From Candidatus Iainarchaeum sp. (lineage in GTDB: Archaea > Iainarchaeota > Iainarchaeia > Iainarchaeales > DTGL01): DNA of 17,124 nucleotides. Where the stretch lies: the NCBI GenBank assembly GCA_038736825.1, contig JAVYME010000023.1, positions 1-17,124 on the forward strand. Direction: 5' to 3'. The first letter of the stretch is position 1; the number at the start of each line of letters is the position of its first letter. Below are positions 14,007-17,124 of this stretch, one piece after another. Under the pieces are notes generated by a model. The model did no database searches, was not told the origin of the DNA, and saw only the letters and a program-made list of their open reading frames with translations. The position numbers and the translations under genes are program-made.

Positions 14007-14014
14007 AATTAAAG
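14007..14014 (+). promoter_or_regulatory. TATA-box-like element upstream of nurA (leaderless configuration)
   Basis: aattaaag is centred 26.5 nt upstream of ATG 14037, and there is no SD between them. Confidence 0.35.
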
Positions 14015-14036
14015 CCCTTTTTAGCATACTTTTTTC

Positions 14037-15101
14037 ATGCCTTCAAGGGATTTCATTTCAGAGGCAGCTGAAAGCATTTTAAGAGTTGAAGAGAAAAGGC
14101 AAAAGCTTGCTGCCAAAATAAAGCCTTTCAAGAAAAACAAAATGAACGCTGAAGAGCAAATGGTGGAAAAAACAGAGTGCGCTAAATTGAACGAAAGAAT
14201 TGCAGGAATAGATTCAGGTTTTGTTGGTCAAGAGTTCTTTTCACTGGACTTAGTCCTTGTAAGGGCAAGAGGTGTCATATTTGACTACCAGAATGGCTGC
14301 CTTGCAAGAGCAATCTATTATCCAAACTATTATTCTTTTCCAGAGCCCTTGATTTCAAACAGAGCACTCCAAAAAGAAGATGTTTCTTCAAACAAAAGCC
14401 TGCAAAGGCTTGCCAAAGAAATAATTTTAGCGCAAGAAATAATTGAAAGGTTTTCCCCAGATTATTGCTTTCTTGACGGTTCAATTGTGCCACAGCATGC
14501 AGACAAGCCCCGCTCCAACTCTCAAATGCAGCCATTCTACAAGGAAGTCATAAAAAAATTTGAATCGCTTTTTTCCATTGCAATTGAAAAAAACTGCACT
14601 CTTGTGGGCTGTGTTGAGGACTCGCGTGGAACTCGCTTCAAGGACATTGTGGAAAAAATAATTGGCGAAAAAGAATTTTCAGGCATAAACGAGTGTTTTG
14701 ATGCAGCACTATTGGACTTGCTTTTAGCAGAAGGAGAGCGCTCTTTTGCTTTCCCTTACGCTGAAAACATAAAAGAACACCCCGTATTGCAAGATTTTTC
14801 AAAAGAGTTTGCGGAAATGGTGCACGCTTTTTATTTAAAACCCTCTGCCCTAGACAAGCCTTTAAGGGTAGAGTTTTTGTTGCAAAAAAGCCATGGCAAA
14901 AAAGAAACCGACAGGATTGCATCAGTTGTTTTCGCTCAAAGCCGGCTTCACCGCGAATACTCTTATCCAGCAATCCTTATAGAGGCAGACTTGCGTTCTC
15001 GCTTAAAGGAAGAGGAAATTAAAATAATTTGCGACAAAATATTTGACAGGATGGGGGGAAGCAAAAGGCTTTCACTTAGAAGAGGCAAAAGACCGTTTTA
15101 A
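14037..15101 (+). CDS. nurA: NurA-family 5'-3' nuclease
   Basis: 354-aa ORF immediately upstream of, and SD-coupled to, a HerA gene. NurA-like motifs are recognisable: IAGIDSGF, YCFLDGSIVPQ, LVGCVEDSRG, PLRVEF and YPAILIEADLRSRL. Confidence 0.78.
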   Translation: MPSRDFISEAAESILRVEEKRQKLAAKIKPFKKNKMNAEEQMVEKTECAKLNERIAGIDSGFVGQEFFSLDLVLVRARGVIFDYQNGCLARAIYYPNYYSFPEPLISNRALQKEDVSSNKSLQRLAKEIILAQEIIERFSPDYCFLDGSIVPQHADKPRSNSQMQPFYKEVIKKFESLFSIAIEKNCTLVGCVEDSRGTRFKDIVEKIIGEKEFSGINECFDAALLDLLLAEGERSFAFPYAENIKEHPVLQDFSKEFAEMVHAFYLKPSALDKPLRVEFLLQKSHGKKETDRIASVVFAQSRLHREYSYPAILIEADLRSRLKEEEIKIICDKIFDRMGGSKRLSLRRGKRPF

Positions 15102-15106
15102 GGGTG
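15101..15106 (+). promoter_or_regulatory. Shine-Dalgarno site of herA
   Basis: AGGGTG lies 5 nt upstream of ATG 15112 and overlaps the nurA stop codon. Confidence 0.5.
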
Positions 15107-15111
15107 CTTGA

Positions 15112-16647
15112 ATGAACGATTTTTTGGGAACAGTTATTTCAACACTTAATTCGCCCTCCCCCAGCGAAATGAGCTTTGTGGTGACAAAAGGAGAAGTGCA
15201 CAGAGGGCAATTCGTTGAAGCAGATTATTCTGAAGGCACAATGGTTGCACTCATCACAAATGTGATTAAAACAAACCGTTATTTTGAAAGAGCTGATTCC
15301 GTAAAAGAATTTGAGGCAAGAGGCTCAGCTCTTTTCGAACAGTTTCCCACAACAGAATGGGAATACCTTGTTGCCAACACCAAACCATTGGGAGTCTTTC
15401 AAAAAGACAAAGTTTTAAGGGCAAGCTTTCCGCCATCGCCTGGCACAAAGGTCAGGCTGGCAAGAGCAGAAACCTTAAAAAAATTCTTCAAGTTTGATGA
15501 AGAAAAAGGCTTAAACCTTGGAAAAGTTGAATTCCATGACTTGGATGTAAAATTAAACCTCACAAAACTCTTGAAAAAGCACTTGGCAATCTTAAGCATT
15601 TCTGGCGCTGGAAAAAGTTATACTGTGAGCATTCTATTGGAAGAACTCTTGGACCGCAAAAAAGAACACGGCAGGATTGCCTGCATTGTATTGGACCCAC
15701 ACGGCGAATACTCCTCCTTTGCCGAACCCGTAAAAGACAAAGAACACACAGATTACAGTGACCGCACCCTTTTAGTGAAAGGCCGCAGTGTAAGGATTGC
15801 AGTGCCATCGCTCAGCGTTGGAATGCTGGCTGGCATTGTAGGCGGCTTGAGCGGACCACAAAAAAGGGATTTAAACAAAATCATCTCAAAGCTCTCAGGG
15901 GAAATGAAATCTGGACTTGGGCCTTTTGATTTTGAAAGCGTGAAAAAGGAAATAATTCAGGATTCTGAGATAAAAGAGAACACCAAGGGCCCGCTTTTGG
16001 GCTGGATTTCCGAATTGGAGCAAATGCGCTTGTTTTCAAAAATTGATTCTCCGAGCGTGCGCGACATTGTAAGACCAGGCTATCTAACCATAGTTGACCT
16101 TTCAGACATAATTGATGTAAAGAAAAAACAGGTTATTGTAAGCCATTTTTCGCGCAAGCTTTTTGATGAAAGGCGAAAGAAAAGCATTCCGCCTTTTTTG
16201 CTTGTTTTAGAGGAAGCCCACCAGTTTTGTCCAGAGCGTGTTTCAGAAGAGCAGGCAGTTTCAAGGAATATAGTTCGCACGATTGCTCGCGAGGGAAGAA
16301 AGTTTGGTGCATCAATTTGCCTTGTATCCCAAAGGCCAGTGCAATTGGATACAACTTCGCTTTCCCAGTGCAACACCAAAATAATTCTCCGTGTAACCAA
16401 TCCTTATGATTTAAAGCACTTGGCTGAATCCTCTGAGGCAATTGACCAGCGCTCGCTTGAAATGATCACTTCACTCCAAGTGGGCGAGGCACTAATAATA
16501 GGAGAAGCAGTTAATTATCCATTATTTTTCAAGGTAAGGGAAAGAAAATCGCTTCCATCCAAGCACGAAATTTCCTTAGAGGACGCTGCCCTGCAATTTG
16601 AATCTTCAAAGAAAAAAGAAGAAGAGGAAACAGAAGCGTTTTTGTGA
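15112..16647 (+). CDS. herA: HerA-family (DUF87, FtsK-HerA superfamily) hexameric ATPase/helicase
   Basis: 511-aa ORF with an N-terminal barrel-like region (GTVISTL..FVVTKGEVHRGQFVEADY..MVALITNV). Walker A is ISGAGKSY (nt 15598-15621) and Walker B is FLLVLEEAHQFCP. It also has REGRKFGASICLVSQRP and NTKIILRVTNPYD. AGGGTG lies 5 nt upstream of the ATG. Confidence 0.92.
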   Translation: MNDFLGTVISTLNSPSPSEMSFVVTKGEVHRGQFVEADYSEGTMVALITNVIKTNRYFERADSVKEFEARGSALFEQFPTTEWEYLVANTKPLGVFQKDKVLRASFPPSPGTKVRLARAETLKKFFKFDEEKGLNLGKVEFHDLDVKLNLTKLLKKHLAILSISGAGKSYTVSILLEELLDRKKEHGRIACIVLDPHGEYSSFAEPVKDKEHTDYSDRTLLVKGRSVRIAVPSLSVGMLAGIVGGLSGPQKRDLNKIISKLSGEMKSGLGPFDFESVKKEIIQDSEIKENTKGPLLGWISELEQMRLFSKIDSPSVRDIVRPGYLTIVDLSDIIDVKKKQVIVSHFSRKLFDERRKKSIPPFLLVLEEAHQFCPERVSEEQAVSRNIVRTIAREGRKFGASICLVSQRPVQLDTTSLSQCNTKIILRVTNPYDLKHLAESSEAIDQRSLEMITSLQVGEALIIGEAVNYPLFFKVRERKSLPSKHEISLEDAALQFESSKKKEEEETEAFL

Positions 16648-16649
16648 GG

Positions 16650-16691
16650 TTTGAAAAAACTCAAATTTTTAGCACTGTTTAAGCTTTTTTT
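16650..16691 (+). terminator. Candidate terminator region after herA
   Basis: A small hairpin pairs tttga (16650-16654) with tcaaa (16661-16665). It is followed by T5 (16666-16670) and then T7 (16685-16691). Confidence 0.3.
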
Positions 16692-16723
16692 ACTGTTCAG
16701 GGGAAGCGAACTCTATCAAGTGC

Positions 16724-16731
16724 TTTTTAAA
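16724..16731 (+). promoter_or_regulatory. TATA-box-like element for the leaderless ORF starting at 16754
   Basis: tttttaaa is centred 26.5 nt upstream of the A of the ATG. This matches archaeal TATA-to-TSS spacing for a leaderless mRNA. Confidence 0.4.
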
Positions 16732-16753
16732 CCCGGAAAGCGTGCTTTTTTGC

Positions 16754-17124
16754 ATGACTCTCGGCACAGCGTATTTGGATACTGTAAAGTATTTTGAGGG
16801 CGAAGGCAGGATTGCTGTCCTTTTTAAATCCCTTGATTGTGATGGAAAAGAAACAGAACTTTTTTTTGATTTCCTTCCAGAGATAAGGCTTCCAACAGGC
16901 AATGTTTTCAAATCTTTTCTGGAATTGGTTTCACCCCAAGAACTAATTTTCCAGCAAACAGAAAAGGGAATGTACGCTAACTCTAAATCTTTTTCTGGCT
17001 TGAAATGGCTGCATTCCCTTTTGTCTGTTTCATTCAAGGAAATGGTTCCACTCCTTGAACCGGAAAGACAGTTTTTGCTTTCCCGCAACTGGAGTTATTT
17101 TGACAAATTTGAAATCAGTGAAAT
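16754..17124 (+). CDS. 3'-partial ORF running off the window (hypothetical; weak resemblance to the N-terminal region of family B DNA polymerases)
   Basis: My manual translation is MTLGTAYLDTVKYFEGEGRIAVLFKSLDCDGKETELFFDFLPEIRLP...LEPERQFLLSRNWSYFDKFEISE, with no stop through 17124. The ATG is preceded by the TATA-like tttttaaa centred 26.5 nt upstream. It is absent from the track, probably because it has no stop. The product guess is low confidence. Confidence 0.5.
   Translation, partial: MTLGTAYLDTVKYFEGEGRIAVLFKSLDCDGKETELFFDFLPEIRLPTGNVFKSFLELVSPQELIFQQTEKGMYANSKSFSGLKWLHSLLSVSFKEMVPLLEPERQFLLSRNWSYFDKFEISE

Noticed and set aside
1011-16692. A recurrent AAAAGCTTTT(T) palindrome at 1011-1030, 10334-10347, 10429-10440 and 16681-16691, considered as a specific regulatory motif
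   Set aside because: One copy is plain coding sequence (MKKKLF of the adhesin). The others are adequately explained as oligo-A/oligo-T tracts around an AAGCTT core in AT-rich intergenic DNA. There is no consistent position relative to genes.
16690-17088. A 132-aa minus-strand ORF from the track
   Set aside because: It has only a TTG start, with an in-frame stop two codons upstream. Its composition is S/K/R-rich and low in complexity. It lies fully antisense to a better plus-strand ORF that has an ATG and a promoter-like box. I treat it as a shadow ORF.
1-17124. A circular replicon, since the window ends ..gtgaaat and starts gaaatg..
   Set aside because: Only a 5-nt overlap exists, which is expected by chance. 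Genes are truncated at both ends, and there is no matching terminal repeat at the right end.
1-17124. CRISPR arrays, tRNA/rRNA genes, IS elements or integrases
   Set aside because: Scanning all intergenic regions (970-1027, 10357-10438, 11311-11437, 11903-12073, 13976-14036 and 16648-16753) showed no regularly spaced repeats and no cloverleaf-like GC-rich segments. None of the ORF translations showed transposase or integrase motifs.

Overview
This is an AT-rich, densely coding archaeal window. The archaeal call rests on class III (prepilin-type) signal peptides with the G|VSPLIAT motif, TATA-like boxes about 27 nt upstream of apparently leaderless ATGs, GGTG/GGAGG Shine-Dalgarno sites before internal operon genes, and a NurA-HerA pair. 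Lineage cannot be assigned from this window. I saw no rRNA, tRNA, CRISPR array or obvious transposase.

Layout:
(i) The left edge holds a perfect 22-bp inverted repeat (1-74). It abuts a 5'-truncated secreted Ig-like surface-protein gene (55-969).
(ii) An ~10.9-kb minus-strand type IV pilus-like locus of 11 tightly coupled genes spans 11902 down to 1028. In transcription order it encodes two tandem pilins, a thioredoxin-fold protein lacking CXXC, a 1093-aa FN3/Ig-like adhesin, three small N-terminally anchored pilin-like proteins, a 107-aa coiled-coil protein, a FlaI/PilB/VirB11-family ATPase with a ~265-aa N-terminal extension, and two single-domain T2SSF platform proteins. It has no archaellum-specific partners.
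(iii) A divergently transcribed secreted protein (12074-13975) carries a LamG/concanavalin-like domain nested inside an Ig-like module.
(iv) A NurA nuclease and HerA ATPase pair occupies 14037-16647.
(v) A plus-strand ORF runs off the right edge from 16754. It is absent from the ORF track and is more credible than the antisense track ORF there.

The most interesting hypothesis is a dedicated adhesion filament co-encoded with lectin and adhesin surface proteins. All functional calls come from motif recognition by eye and need HMM or structure confirmation.
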